DNA of 29,155 nucleotides from a virus (lineage: Duplodnaviria > Caudoviricetes): the IMG/VR virus record IMGVR_UViG_3300032250_000248, positions 1-29,155 of that record. One strand, written 5' to 3'. A program made the translations under genes and the position numbers. The notes beneath the pieces are model-generated. The model was not told the DNA's origin. It worked only from the letters and a program-made list of their open reading frames with translations, and made no database searches. This document shows, piece after piece, positions 14,455 to 24,371 of this stretch. Within the stretch, counting starts at the first letter, position 1. Each line of letters opens with the position of its first letter.

Positions 14455-16314
14455 ATGGCTGAGAACTCAGCAGATATAGCAAAGCGCATTATCCTTAGCG
14501 CTGTGGCCGAAGGTATGACCATTGAACAAGCTTGCCTATCAGCTGGCAAGTCCTATAAGACCTATGAGTACTACCGTCGCACAGACAAGATCTTTACAGA
14601 CAAGATTGATCGAACCCGCCTTGGTCTCAAGGACAAGTCCTTCACCTCTAGCGATGTCCACGACATCACCTTCGCCGAGTTCCGCGAACGCTTCCTTAAC
14701 TCCAAGACATTTCCACACCAGCAGAACCTAGTGGATATGATCGAAGGCGTTGAACCTTCGTGGCTACACCCTTCGATGAAATACGAACCAGGCCTAGCTA
14801 ACAACCGTATCCTTATTAACATCCCGCCAAACCACGCCAAGTCCATCACAATCACGGTGGACTACGTAACCTGGCAGGTAGCCCGTAATCCTAACTTTCG
14901 TGTGCTGATAGTCTCCCAGACCCAGCAACTTGCAGCCGACTTTCTCTACGCCATCAAGCAGCGTTTGACTCACCCAATGTATGAGAACCTTCAAAATGCT
15001 TATGCTGCTGGCGTAGGGTTTAACTCTAAGTCTGCCTCGTGGCAGGCTACCCGTATCACCTTTGGTGATGAGCTTCGTGAGTCTTCTGAGAAGGACCCGA
15101 ATATCGAGGCCGTAGGTATCGGTGGTCAGATCTACGGTAAACGTGCCGATATGATTATTGTAGATGACGCGGTTACTCTCAAGAACGCCAATGAGTTTGA
15201 GCGCCAGATCAAGTGGCTGACGCAGGACGTACGTTCTCGTCTGAACCCTACTGGTAAATTGATTATCATTGGTACCCGTGTTTCAGCAGTTGACCTATAT
15301 CGTGAACTGCGTAACCCAGATCGCTACCCAGGTGGTCAGGTCCCGTGGAAGTACCTGGCTATGCCAGCGTTACTTGAAACCGATGAAGACCCTGACAAGT
15401 GGGTTACCCTATGGCCAGCATCCGATGCGCCATTTGATGGGCAGCTAGAATCAGATTTGAATGAAGACGGCCTATACCCTCGTTGGAATGGTCGTAACCT
15501 TTACAATGAACGTCAAGCTATGGATGCCTCTACCTGGGCGCTGGTTTACCAGCAGCAAGATATCTCAGATGATGCAATCTACGATCCAGTATGTGTGCGA
15601 GGTTCTATTGATGGAATGCGTAAAGCAGGTCGCTTGGTTCCTGGTAACCCAGGCCATCCTAGGGATGTTAATGGCTTTAGCTTTATTTGTGGTCTTGATC
15701 CCGCTATGGTTGGTGATACAGCCGCCGTTTGCTACGCTGTTGATCGGGTTACTCATAAACGCTATATCGTTGATGCTATTAAGATTACTAGGCCAACGCC
15801 TGCTCAAATACGTCAGTTAATCTTTGACTGGACTTCACTCTATAGTCCTAGCGAATGGATCGTGGAGAAAAATGCTTTCCAATCATTCCTTACGCAAGAC
15901 GAAGGCATCCGTGCCAACCTTGCAAGCAGAGGCGTGTTGCTGCGAGAACATCACACGGGTAACAACAAGTGGGACTCTGGTTTCGGTGTCGCGTCTATGT
16001 CAACATTGTTTGGCACCAAGCAACACGACGGAAAGCACCACCGCGATAATTTAATTCACTTACCTAGTGACCAAACTGAAAACATTAAAGCGCTCATTGA
16101 GCAACTAATTACTTGGTCCCCAACGACCAAGGGTAAGACCGATATGGTGATGGCGTTATGGTTCTGTGAGATCCGCGCCCGTGAGATGCTCAACCAAGGT
16201 ATCCACGCAACACACCATATGAAAAACCCATTCCTATCTCGTTACGAACAGGGCAAGAGAATGGTCGTCAACATTGACGAACTGCTTGCAGAAAAAGAAC
16301 GTACATTCATCTAA
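14455..16314 (+). CDS. terL: Terminase large subunit with N-terminal HTH extension
   Basis: Walker A PPNHAKS, Walker B IIVDD, coupling motif IGT, nuclease GLDPA and terminal D-x-V-M-A. Confidence 0.92.
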   Translation: MAENSADIAKRIILSAVAEGMTIEQACLSAGKSYKTYEYYRRTDKIFTDKIDRTRLGLKDKSFTSSDVHDITFAEFRERFLNSKTFPHQQNLVDMIEGVEPSWLHPSMKYEPGLANNRILINIPPNHAKSITITVDYVTWQVARNPNFRVLIVSQTQQLAADFLYAIKQRLTHPMYENLQNAYAAGVGFNSKSASWQATRITFGDELRESSEKDPNIEAVGIGGQIYGKRADMIIVDDAVTLKNANEFERQIKWLTQDVRSRLNPTGKLIIIGTRVSAVDLYRELRNPDRYPGGQVPWKYLAMPALLETDEDPDKWVTLWPASDAPFDGQLESDLNEDGLYPRWNGRNLYNERQAMDASTWALVYQQQDISDDAIYDPVCVRGSIDGMRKAGRLVPGNPGHPRDVNGFSFICGLDPAMVGDTAAVCYAVDRVTHKRYIVDAIKITRPTPAQIRQLIFDWTSLYSPSEWIVEKNAFQSFLTQDEGIRANLASRGVLLREHHTGNNKWDSGFGVASMSTLFGTKQHDGKHHRDNLIHLPSDQTENIKALIEQLITWSPTTKGKTDMVMALWFCEIRAREMLNQGIHATHHMKNPFLSRYEQGKRMVVNIDELLAEKERTFI

Positions 16315-16323
16315 GGAGAAATC

Positions 16324-18081
16324 TTGTTATCAACTAAAGAGGTCGCAGCGAAGGTAGCACGGCTACAAACACGCTACGCCGCACGTGACCAGAGAATGCG
16401 CGATGTGCTCTCTGTACGTCAAGGTGATATCTCTAAGGTATACCCTGCGATGTTTTCAGAAGAATACCCAAAGCCTCTAGTTGCTAACTTCGTAGATGTA
16501 GCAGCACGTGACTTAGCAGAAGTGATGTCTCCACTTCCATCCTTTAACTGCGCTGCTACCAATATGGTTTCAGACTCTGCACGTAAAGCTGCAGATACTC
16601 GCACCCGTATCGCTAACTACTACGTGTCATCTTCTGATCTTCAGATCCAGATGTACACAGGTGCTGACTGGTTCAACACCTACGGTATGCTCCCAGCGAT
16701 TGTTGAGATGGACTATGAAACCAACAATCCAAGAATACGTCTACTTAATCCCTTTGGTACCTATCCTGAAATTGATAGATTTGGCCGTACCCTCTCGATC
16801 TCACAGATAATTGCAACCGATGCTGAATCATTGGCAATGCAGTACCCAGAGTTCTATGACCAGATTATGCCAAAGAATGTTTTTTCACCTGGCTCACCTT
16901 ATGTATCTTTAGTTCGCTATCACGACAAAGATCAGGACTTAATCTTCATCCCAGAGCGAAAGAACCTAGTTCTTTCTAATACACCTAACCCAGTAGGCAA
17001 GTGCCTAGCAGGGGTTGCAATGCGTTCATCTATTGATGGCGAAGCTCGTGGACAGTTTGATGATGTTCTATCAGTTCAGCTTGCTCGTGCTCGCTTTGCA
17101 GTATTGCAGATCCAAGCGGCAGAAAAGTCTATCCAAGCACCTATTGCTATTCCACAGGATGTGCAAGAACTTGCATTGGGACCTGACGCAATTATGCGTT
17201 CTGCTAACCCACAGGGTATTCGTCGTGTTCCACTAGAACTACCTAACGGAGTCTTTACAGAGTCTGGTGTTCTAGAGCGTGAGCTACGTACGGGTGCTCG
17301 TTATCCTGAAACTCGTTCAGGAAACATTGACGCATCTATCGTTACAGGTCGTGGTGTGCAAGCACTACAGGCTGGCTTTGATACACAAATCAAGGCAGCA
17401 CAAGCACAGTTTGCTCGTTTGTTTATGGACTTAGTAGCTCTATGTTTTGAAGTAGACGAGAAAATCTTTGGCAATATGACCAAGGAAATTAAGGGCGTTG
17501 ACGACGGTACTCCATTCAATATGAAGTACGTTCCATCACGACAGATTGCAGGTAACTACGGCGTAGATGTCCGTTACGGCATTATGTCTGGTATGGACCC
17601 TAACCGTGCAATCATCGCTCTACTACAAATGCGTAGCGACAAGCTCGTATCTCGTGACTATGTACGTCGTGAGATCCCAATGGAGCTTAACGTGACGCAG
17701 GAGGAACAACGTGTTGATATTGAAGAAATGCGCGATTCTCTGCGGGTGGCTGTTGCTCAGTATGCTCAAGCCATTCCAGCGTTGGCAGCGCAAGGTCAAG
17801 ACCCTAGCGAGATTATCGCCCGTATTGCAGAAGTTATCCAAGGCCGTCAAAAGGGTCTTCAACTAGAAACAGTTATTGAAAAAGCATTTGCACCGAAAGA
17901 ACAACCAGTAGCGCCAGAGATGCCTATGATGCCAGGCGCACCAGGAACTCCAGCAGCAGGTGCGGCCCCCGTACCTGCCTCGCAGCCAACTCCAGAACAA
18001 GGCGGAGCGGCCCCTGCTGCTGGTCCAGAACAACGTCCAGATATAGCAACCCTGCTAGCTTCTATAAGCGGCGCAGCATAA
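16324..18081 (+). CDS. Portal protein
   Basis: 585 aa directly after terL, AAGGAG SD with TTG start, helical composition with a Pro/Ala-rich tail. Confidence 0.85.
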   Translation: MLSTKEVAAKVARLQTRYAARDQRMRDVLSVRQGDISKVYPAMFSEEYPKPLVANFVDVAARDLAEVMSPLPSFNCAATNMVSDSARKAADTRTRIANYYVSSSDLQIQMYTGADWFNTYGMLPAIVEMDYETNNPRIRLLNPFGTYPEIDRFGRTLSISQIIATDAESLAMQYPEFYDQIMPKNVFSPGSPYVSLVRYHDKDQDLIFIPERKNLVLSNTPNPVGKCLAGVAMRSSIDGEARGQFDDVLSVQLARARFAVLQIQAAEKSIQAPIAIPQDVQELALGPDAIMRSANPQGIRRVPLELPNGVFTESGVLERELRTGARYPETRSGNIDASIVTGRGVQALQAGFDTQIKAAQAQFARLFMDLVALCFEVDEKIFGNMTKEIKGVDDGTPFNMKYVPSRQIAGNYGVDVRYGIMSGMDPNRAIIALLQMRSDKLVSRDYVRREIPMELNVTQEEQRVDIEEMRDSLRVAVAQYAQAIPALAAQGQDPSEIIARIAEVIQGRQKGLQLETVIEKAFAPKEQPVAPEMPMMPGAPGTPAAGAAPVPASQPTPEQGGAAPAAGPEQRPDIATLLASISGAA

Positions 18082-18098
18082 CGTAAGGGAGGTGTAAA

Positions 18099-18239
18099 AT
18101 GAACAAAGGATCACGTGCAGCAGCACCAATGTCAAAGCCAGTTGAAGGCAAGAAGGATACCTCTAAGCCAGCAGGCGGACAGGTATATTTCGGAACAACT
18201 CCAGCAGGTCGCAAAGGTACAGCAGTAAAAAAGGGCTAA
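18099..18239 (+). CDS. 46-aa basic protein (not in the ORF track)
   Basis: Strong GGGAGGTG SD; MNKGSRAAAPMSKPVEGKKD...KKG. Confidence 0.75.
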   Translation: MNKGSRAAAPMSKPVEGKKDTSKPAGGQVYFGTTPAGRKGTAVKKG

Positions 18240-18268
18240 GTAAATTTTAATTAACGGAGGTACTGGGC

Positions 18269-18490
18269 GTGGATAATAATAACAAAGTTCCACGCTCAGT
18301 AAACTTCGCTGATTTTTTAGTAGTTCTTTCAGGTTTTGTACACAACATTGCAAGTTCTGTACAGACTGCAACAGAAGAGTTAATGGAAATAGCTATCTAT
18401 AATGCTAACCGTAACTCAGAAGTCAATAAAGCTTGGGAACAATTTTCAAACGATTTAGAAAAGATACAGGAGGATACCGATGGTAGATAG
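18269..18490 (+). CDS. Hypothetical protein
   Basis: GGAGGT SD with GTG start. Confidence 0.7.
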   Translation: MDNNNKVPRSVNFADFLVVLSGFVHNIASSVQTATEELMEIAIYNANRNSEVNKAWEQFSNDLEKIQEDTDGR

Positions 18491-18839
18491 CCCATTACAA
18501 ATTGGCGGTCCAGGAAAATTCTCCGTACGTGAAGACTTGCCACCATCACAGAACTACGGTGATCGTAAGGCAATGGCGGAAGATATCGCAGGTGCTTCTA
18601 CTTCCCCTAAACCATCTGCCAAGCCTGAGCCTGTCGCAGATATGGTAGCTCCAAAGCCAGAACCATTAACAGGAATGTTTGCTCCAACGCAACGTCCTGG
18701 CGAAGATGTTACGACTATGGCTGGACCACCAAAGCCAGTAGAAGGTAAGCTCTCAGATACACTTGCAGCATTACTTCCATTTGATACAACTGGAGAAATT
18801 TCTGTTCTCTACCAGATGGCTTTATCTAGAGGTCAGTAG
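18480..18839 (+). CDS. Pro-rich hypothetical virion-associated protein
   Basis: GGAGG SD, located in the structural operon. Confidence 0.65.
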   Translation: MVDSPLQIGGPGKFSVREDLPPSQNYGDRKAMAEDIAGASTSPKPSAKPEPVADMVAPKPEPLTGMFAPTQRPGEDVTTMAGPPKPVEGKLSDTLAALLPFDTTGEISVLYQMALSRGQ

Positions 18840-21800
18840 TGGGATCAACCTCTAATAACATTAAAGCTATTTCTGCTCAAGCTGGGCTAACTCCAGAGCA
18901 ACAAGAGCAGATCAATGGCTATATCAAAGCTGTAGACTCGCACCAGAAGTTAACATCTCTTCCATCCGACGTTGCTAAGTTAGAGTATTCAAAGCTAACT
19001 CCAGAGCAACAGAAGTCTCTAAAGGATAACTTTGGTGATGTTGAGCAAAAGCGTGGATGGCTAGGAACAGCACTTCACTACACAGTTGAGCCACTCTTTA
19101 CTGCAGTTGCAGCTCCTGTGAAGTTAGCATTCAAAGGTGTTCAAGAACTTTCAGATTTATCTACACGTGCTTATCGCACAGCAGCAATCGCACTTGACCA
19201 GAATGTAAACATTGGTAAAGCGTGGACTACTGCTAACGATAAGGGCGACAAAGTATTTAGCCCATCACGTATGGCAGAAGCAACACGCATCTTTGGTTCG
19301 CAGTATATGGCTGTTGCACAAAAGGTCGCAGAGGGTATGACCCTAGACCAGATCATTGCAACTGGTACAGAAGAAGAAAAGCAGATCGCATCAGGTGCTG
19401 CACAGAAGAAAGATCCACTCTTTCAAGATGCACTAGATGCTGCTAACGCTGCAAAGTATTCTCCAGGTCGCGCACTTGCTAACGCACTACTTCCTCAGAA
19501 GTGGGAAGGTTCAGGTGCTGCATATAGAACTATCTCAGGTCTAGGAGATGCAGCATTCCGCATATTTGCAGATCCAACGTTGCTACTTGGTAAAGCTAAA
19601 AAGACATATGATATTTCAAAGTATGCGTTAGATAATATCGTTGGCGATGCTGGCAATGTTCAGAAGGCATTTGAAGTAGCAAGCGTACAGAGATTTGACC
19701 AAGCCTATGTTGGAGCACTGAAGAAGTATTCAATAGCTCGCAAGGCAGTCAAGGAAGGTGGCGTAGATCCACAGACTTTAGTGCAGGCAGGTCTTGAACT
19801 CAAGCGTATTGCTCCTGAGTTTGGTGATGATGTCATTGAGGCTATGCTTAAAGAAGGCGTTACCGAAGCTGGCACTATGAAGAACTTTCTTGCTAACAGC
19901 GAGGATGCACTTCGTACTCTTAAAGGTCAAGCAGGTCGTCAGGTTCAATTACTACCACGTATGGATCTTGCACGTCAGACTCGTATCGCAGCACTAACTA
20001 CTGGTAACAAAGTTCTTCGCTTTGACCAAGCAGGTAAGCGTGTTAGCCGTGAAGTATTCGGTGACCAGACAACCATTGGTGGCGTTGAAGGTCAGCTAAT
20101 GCGCCAGACAAAGTTTGTTGATTCACGCACAGGAGAACCAGCAACTGTCAATACTCCTAAAGAATTCTTAAAGCAAACTGAAACAAACGTCATTGGCGAG
20201 ATTGAGCGTAAGACTGCCAAGATTCGTGCAGATGGTGCATTCCGTATGCCATTGGATTATATCCAAGATCGTATTGACCGCTTTGCATCTAAGTTCTCAA
20301 AGGTTCCATTCTTTCGTGATAACTTCTTTGATCCTAACGCACCAGATGCTGCTGAAAAAGTCTATCAGTTATCACGCCTAGCTAATACTCGTTACAACTC
20401 ACGCCTATTTGCAGAAGCATTCAAGGCTGGAGATGAAGCACAGAAACGTCAGATTATGATGGGTGTTTTCAATACAGTAGCTGAGATCCGTGGACTTAAT
20501 AAAGTTCCTGGTGGTAAGAACATTCTTGACCAGTTGGCTAACTCATCTCGTGAGCAACTATTTGCTCCACGTATCTTGGTACGCGACGCTAAGGGTAAGC
20601 CAGTACTCAATGATGACGGAACACTTCGTTACTTTGAGCCATCTAATTTTAATGACCAGCAGTTTGCTATCTTTGATTTTCAGTTAGCATCAGGTATGAG
20701 CGTTCCTAAGATTACAGATCTTGACGGAATCGTTGACCGCTATCAGATAGCAAGCAAGATAATGAACGCATCTCACTCTAAGTGGGCTGAAGGTATTACA
20801 TCTGCTTGGTCATTCTTGACTCTTGCTGGTCCTCGCTTTGCTGTACGTAACTCTATTGAAGATCTAATGGTTCACCTTGCAGTGGGCGATTCAATCTGGG
20901 GTGTAGCAGCAGGCCGACGTTTGTCAACAAAGCTACGTACTGGCCAAGGTGGAGATACGCTGGGAGTTATCAACAAGCTCATTAAGCGTTCAGACCGTAA
21001 ACTCTATGCTGAAAAAATTGCTGCTGCTAAGACAGTACAAGATGCTCGCAAGGTTATGGCAGATGCTGTTATGGCAGATAAGTACCTTGGTAAACTTGAT
21101 CCACAAGCACGTGAGATTATTGCTGAGATGGCAGAATTTGGTGCTATTGATGAACTACTTGCAGGCGTTGCTGAAGGTGGCAAGAAGGGCATCACTGGTG
21201 CAGATCACTGGACAGATGCGCTTCGTACTGTAGACAAGTACGGCACATCTCGTGAGTACAAGATCAATGGAGTTACATACGCTAAAGACAGCGGTGGAAA
21301 CTATCGTGAGTATTCTCCGATTACAGCAGAAGGTAAGATTGCTTGGATAACAAGCATTGCTGCTATTGGTAATGATCCACTAGGTTCTATCGCTTTGAAG
21401 TATATGTCAGATAGCCCAGAATCTAAAGAGTTTGCTATTCGACAAATCGTAAAGTTTATTGATTCTCCAGAGTATGCGTCACAGAAGGCTCGTTTCCAGC
21501 TATACCGTCCAGGTAATAACGCTGACGTACGAGTACACGCAGAGAATGTATACGCTGCAACTCGCAACCTATTTGTAAATAGCCAAGATAAGATCAACCA
21601 GAAGTTGCTAGCCAAGGTAAGTATTCGTACACCTGAAGGTGGCATCAAGATCAATACACGTGACCTAGGTATTGATGACTTGCCACAGCTGGCAGAAGAT
21701 GCACCACAGTTCATCTCTGGTCCAAGCATTATGCCTATCGCAGACGGTAATCCTGCTGGAAAGATCGTAGGAAAGCACTGGGAATGGGTTGGCGAGATGA

Positions 21801-23614
21801 ATGCTCGCTGGTCACGTGAGCCAATGGTTCTCTCAGCTGCTGTTGATATGCGTAAACGTTGGAAAAACGGTGGTTTAGAAGAGCGTTATATGAAGCTCCT
21901 AACAGATCCTATCCGTAATAATCCTAAATTGACCGATGCTGAGAAGGCTATCTTGATTAAAGATGCTGAATTAAAGGGTAAAGTTAAGATTATTGAACTA
22001 ACTCAGGATCTTGCTAAAGAGCGAGTGCTTGCATACGTTGATAATCCAGAGGTTCGTACACAGTTAGCATTCACAATGCGTAACTTTGCTCGTTACTATC
22101 GTGCAACAGAAGACTTTTATCGTCGTGTATTGCGTGGAGTTCGTTACAATCCAGAGTCAATCGCACGTGCGTCACTGACATATGAGGGTGTATCACACTC
22201 TGGCTTCGTTCAGAAGGACGATCAGGGTGAGGCTTACTTCATTTACCCAGGAATGCAGCCAGTTTATGCAGCAATGTCTAAACTTGCTACAGCATTTGGT
22301 ATTAAAGGTGCGTTCGTCGCTCCAATGCCAGTGGAGTTTGGTGCAAAACTCAATATGATTTCACCATCTATGAACCCAGACTCGTTGTTCCCAACATTCT
22401 CTGGTCCATTGGCAGCATTGCCAGTCAAGATGATGTATGAGTTGGTACCTTCACTCAAGGAATCAGAGAAGTATCTCTTTGGTGAGTACGGAGAAGACCA
22501 GCCAATCATTAACGCTATCTTGCCAGCGCACCTTAACCGTGCATTGGCAGCGCTAAACAAAGATGAACGCGATTCACAGTACGCATCAGCTTTCCGTAAG
22601 GCAGTTACCTACCTAGAGGCTACCGATAACGGGCTAAAGATTACAAAGGATGCACAAGGCAACGATGTTCCACCATCTCCTGGAGATCTAGAGGAATATC
22701 AGGACAAGTTAAAGGCAACAACCCAGACTATCTTGGGTATGCGCTTCTTTACTGCGTTGATTCTGCCAGCATCACCTTCAGTCCAGCTCAAGTCTGAGAT
22801 GGCTGGATGGGTTCGTGACAATGAACGTACAAGTTTTAAGCAAGTATTCTCTAACCTAGTTACTGAATACAATGGCGATTACACACGTGCTACTGAAGAG
22901 TGGATTCGACTCTTCCCTAAGCAGATGCCATACACAGTATCTGAGTCCAAGAAGAATACAGTTGCTGTCATCAAGTACGGCGAAGCAGCAGGTAACTGGG
23001 TAGATAACAACACAGAACTACTCAAGAAGTACCCAGAAGCAGCGGCATTCTTGATTCCTAATATCGGTAAGTTCAGCTATGACTCTTACAAGACTATGAT
23101 GAATGAAGGTTTCCTCAATAAGAAGCAGGTCGGTGACTTCCTTCGTGAGACACAGATCGCCACAGACAAGCAGTACTACTTCCAGCAACGCAAGGATTAT
23201 CTAGCGACTCTGGCATCTACAACATCAGTAGATCAGAAGCGTATGATTAATCAGCAATGGGATAACTGGTCTGGTCAGTTTATGTCTGTTCGACCACAGT
23301 TGCAGACAGAGTTTGCATCAGGCGGAGCATCAGATGTTCGTCGTGAGATTGCAGTAAATGACCTTCGCAATATGCTCACTAACGAAAAGAACTTGCCAAA
23401 GACAAAGACAGTAGCGGTTCTTCGTCAAATGCTTCAAACATACGATAGCTTCAGCGCACAGTTCTCATCTATTACAGACAGAACAGATGCTGCTCAGGAT
23501 CGTAAGAATGCCCTTCAAGTAGGTGCTAAGGCTCAGTTACAAGAACTAGCTGCTAGCAATCCAAATACTAAATCAGCCTATGATGTGTTGTTTGCATCAT
23601 TGATCGGAGAATAA
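18839..23614 (+). CDS. Large (1591 aa) putative internal virion/DNA-ejection protein
   Basis: Large, helical, Ala-rich, no Cys seen, in a podovirus-like structural operon. Function is inferred. Confidence 0.6.
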   Translation: MGSTSNNIKAISAQAGLTPEQQEQINGYIKAVDSHQKLTSLPSDVAKLEYSKLTPEQQKSLKDNFGDVEQKRGWLGTALHYTVEPLFTAVAAPVKLAFKGVQELSDLSTRAYRTAAIALDQNVNIGKAWTTANDKGDKVFSPSRMAEATRIFGSQYMAVAQKVAEGMTLDQIIATGTEEEKQIASGAAQKKDPLFQDALDAANAAKYSPGRALANALLPQKWEGSGAAYRTISGLGDAAFRIFADPTLLLGKAKKTYDISKYALDNIVGDAGNVQKAFEVASVQRFDQAYVGALKKYSIARKAVKEGGVDPQTLVQAGLELKRIAPEFGDDVIEAMLKEGVTEAGTMKNFLANSEDALRTLKGQAGRQVQLLPRMDLARQTRIAALTTGNKVLRFDQAGKRVSREVFGDQTTIGGVEGQLMRQTKFVDSRTGEPATVNTPKEFLKQTETNVIGEIERKTAKIRADGAFRMPLDYIQDRIDRFASKFSKVPFFRDNFFDPNAPDAAEKVYQLSRLANTRYNSRLFAEAFKAGDEAQKRQIMMGVFNTVAEIRGLNKVPGGKNILDQLANSSREQLFAPRILVRDAKGKPVLNDDGTLRYFEPSNFNDQQFAIFDFQLASGMSVPKITDLDGIVDRYQIASKIMNASHSKWAEGITSAWSFLTLAGPRFAVRNSIEDLMVHLAVGDSIWGVAAGRRLSTKLRTGQGGDTLGVINKLIKRSDRKLYAEKIAAAKTVQDARKVMADAVMADKYLGKLDPQAREIIAEMAEFGAIDELLAGVAEGGKKGITGADHWTDALRTVDKYGTSREYKINGVTYAKDSGGNYREYSPITAEGKIAWITSIAAIGNDPLGSIALKYMSDSPESKEFAIRQIVKFIDSPEYASQKARFQLYRPGNNADVRVHAENVYAATRNLFVNSQDKINQKLLAKVSIRTPEGGIKINTRDLGIDDLPQLAEDAPQFISGPSIMPIADGNPAGKIVGKHWEWVGEMNARWSREPMVLSAAVDMRKRWKNGGLEERYMKLLTDPIRNNPKLTDAEKAILIKDAELKGKVKIIELTQDLAKERVLAYVDNPEVRTQLAFTMRNFARYYRATEDFYRRVLRGVRYNPESIARASLTYEGVSHSGFVQKDDQGEAYFIYPGMQPVYAAMSKLATAFGIKGAFVAPMPVEFGAKLNMISPSMNPDSLFPTFSGPLAALPVKMMYELVPSLKESEKYLFGEYGEDQPIINAILPAHLNRALAALNKDERDSQYASAFRKAVTYLEATDNGLKITKDAQGNDVPPSPGDLEEYQDKLKATTQTILGMRFFTALILPASPSVQLKSEMAGWVRDNERTSFKQVFSNLVTEYNGDYTRATEEWIRLFPKQMPYTVSESKKNTVAVIKYGEAAGNWVDNNTELLKKYPEAAAFLIPNIGKFSYDSYKTMMNEGFLNKKQVGDFLRETQIATDKQYYFQQRKDYLATLASTTSVDQKRMINQQWDNWSGQFMSVRPQLQTEFASGGASDVRREIAVNDLRNMLTNEKNLPKTKTVAVLRQMLQTYDSFSAQFSSITDRTDAAQDRKNALQVGAKAQLQELAASNPNTKSAYDVLFASLIGE

Positions 23615-23615
23615 A

Positions 23616-24371
23616 GTGCCAGTAGGTAAAAGCAGTGGCGTAAGTAAGGTTGTCAAGCAGCAACCTACTGCTGGAACAGCAGACGCAACCTCATCTGGAG
23701 CGTGGAACTCTGGCGGTATTAGCGATGTTTCTTATATTACTTCAAGCATTCCTACTGCAGCTAACCCAAACAATATCCAGAAGGCTACTCAAAAGGAACT
23801 TATCCGTAAGTTCTTGGAGATGTCTCCACAAGAACGCATTGGTATTGGTAACCAACTCAAGGGTGCTGGATATCAAGTAGGCGGATTGACTGGTCAGGCT
23901 ACAACAGATCTGCGTAATGCTTATCTCAAGGCCTATGACGACTTGAACCAAGAGATTATCCTTGGTCAGCAACTAGACTTTAATACATTCCTTGCACGTG
24001 AAAAGGGTGCTGGCGGTGCTGGCGGTGGCCCACGTCAACCTTATGTACAGGAACAAGAGATCAATGATCTGTCTGCAAAGACTTTGATTGATGGAATTGT
24101 TAAGAGTCTAACTGGTCGCCCAAAGGCAACTCCAGAAGAACTTGAAAAATATACAGCGATGATTCGTGAGCAACAGCGAAAGAATCCTTTAGTTACATCT
24201 TATACAACTAAGGGTGGAGATACTGTTGGATCAAAGACTGTTGGTGGTTTCGGTGCTCAAGAAGCACAGCAGTTCCTAATTGACAAGATTTCACAGGGTG
24301 ATGAAGCCAAGGCTAATCGTGCTTTGGATGCTTACTCAACCGTAGTAGATATGTTTGGAGGGTTGCGTTAA
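23616..24371 (+). CDS. Putative internal virion protein
   Basis: Contiguous with neighbours; Gly/Ala/Gln-rich. Confidence 0.55.
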   Translation: MPVGKSSGVSKVVKQQPTAGTADATSSGAWNSGGISDVSYITSSIPTAANPNNIQKATQKELIRKFLEMSPQERIGIGNQLKGAGYQVGGLTGQATTDLRNAYLKAYDDLNQEIILGQQLDFNTFLAREKGAGGAGGGPRQPYVQEQEINDLSAKTLIDGIVKSLTGRPKATPEELEKYTAMIREQQRKNPLVTSYTTKGGDTVGSKTVGGFGAQEAQQFLIDKISQGDEAKANRALDAYSTVVDMFGGLR

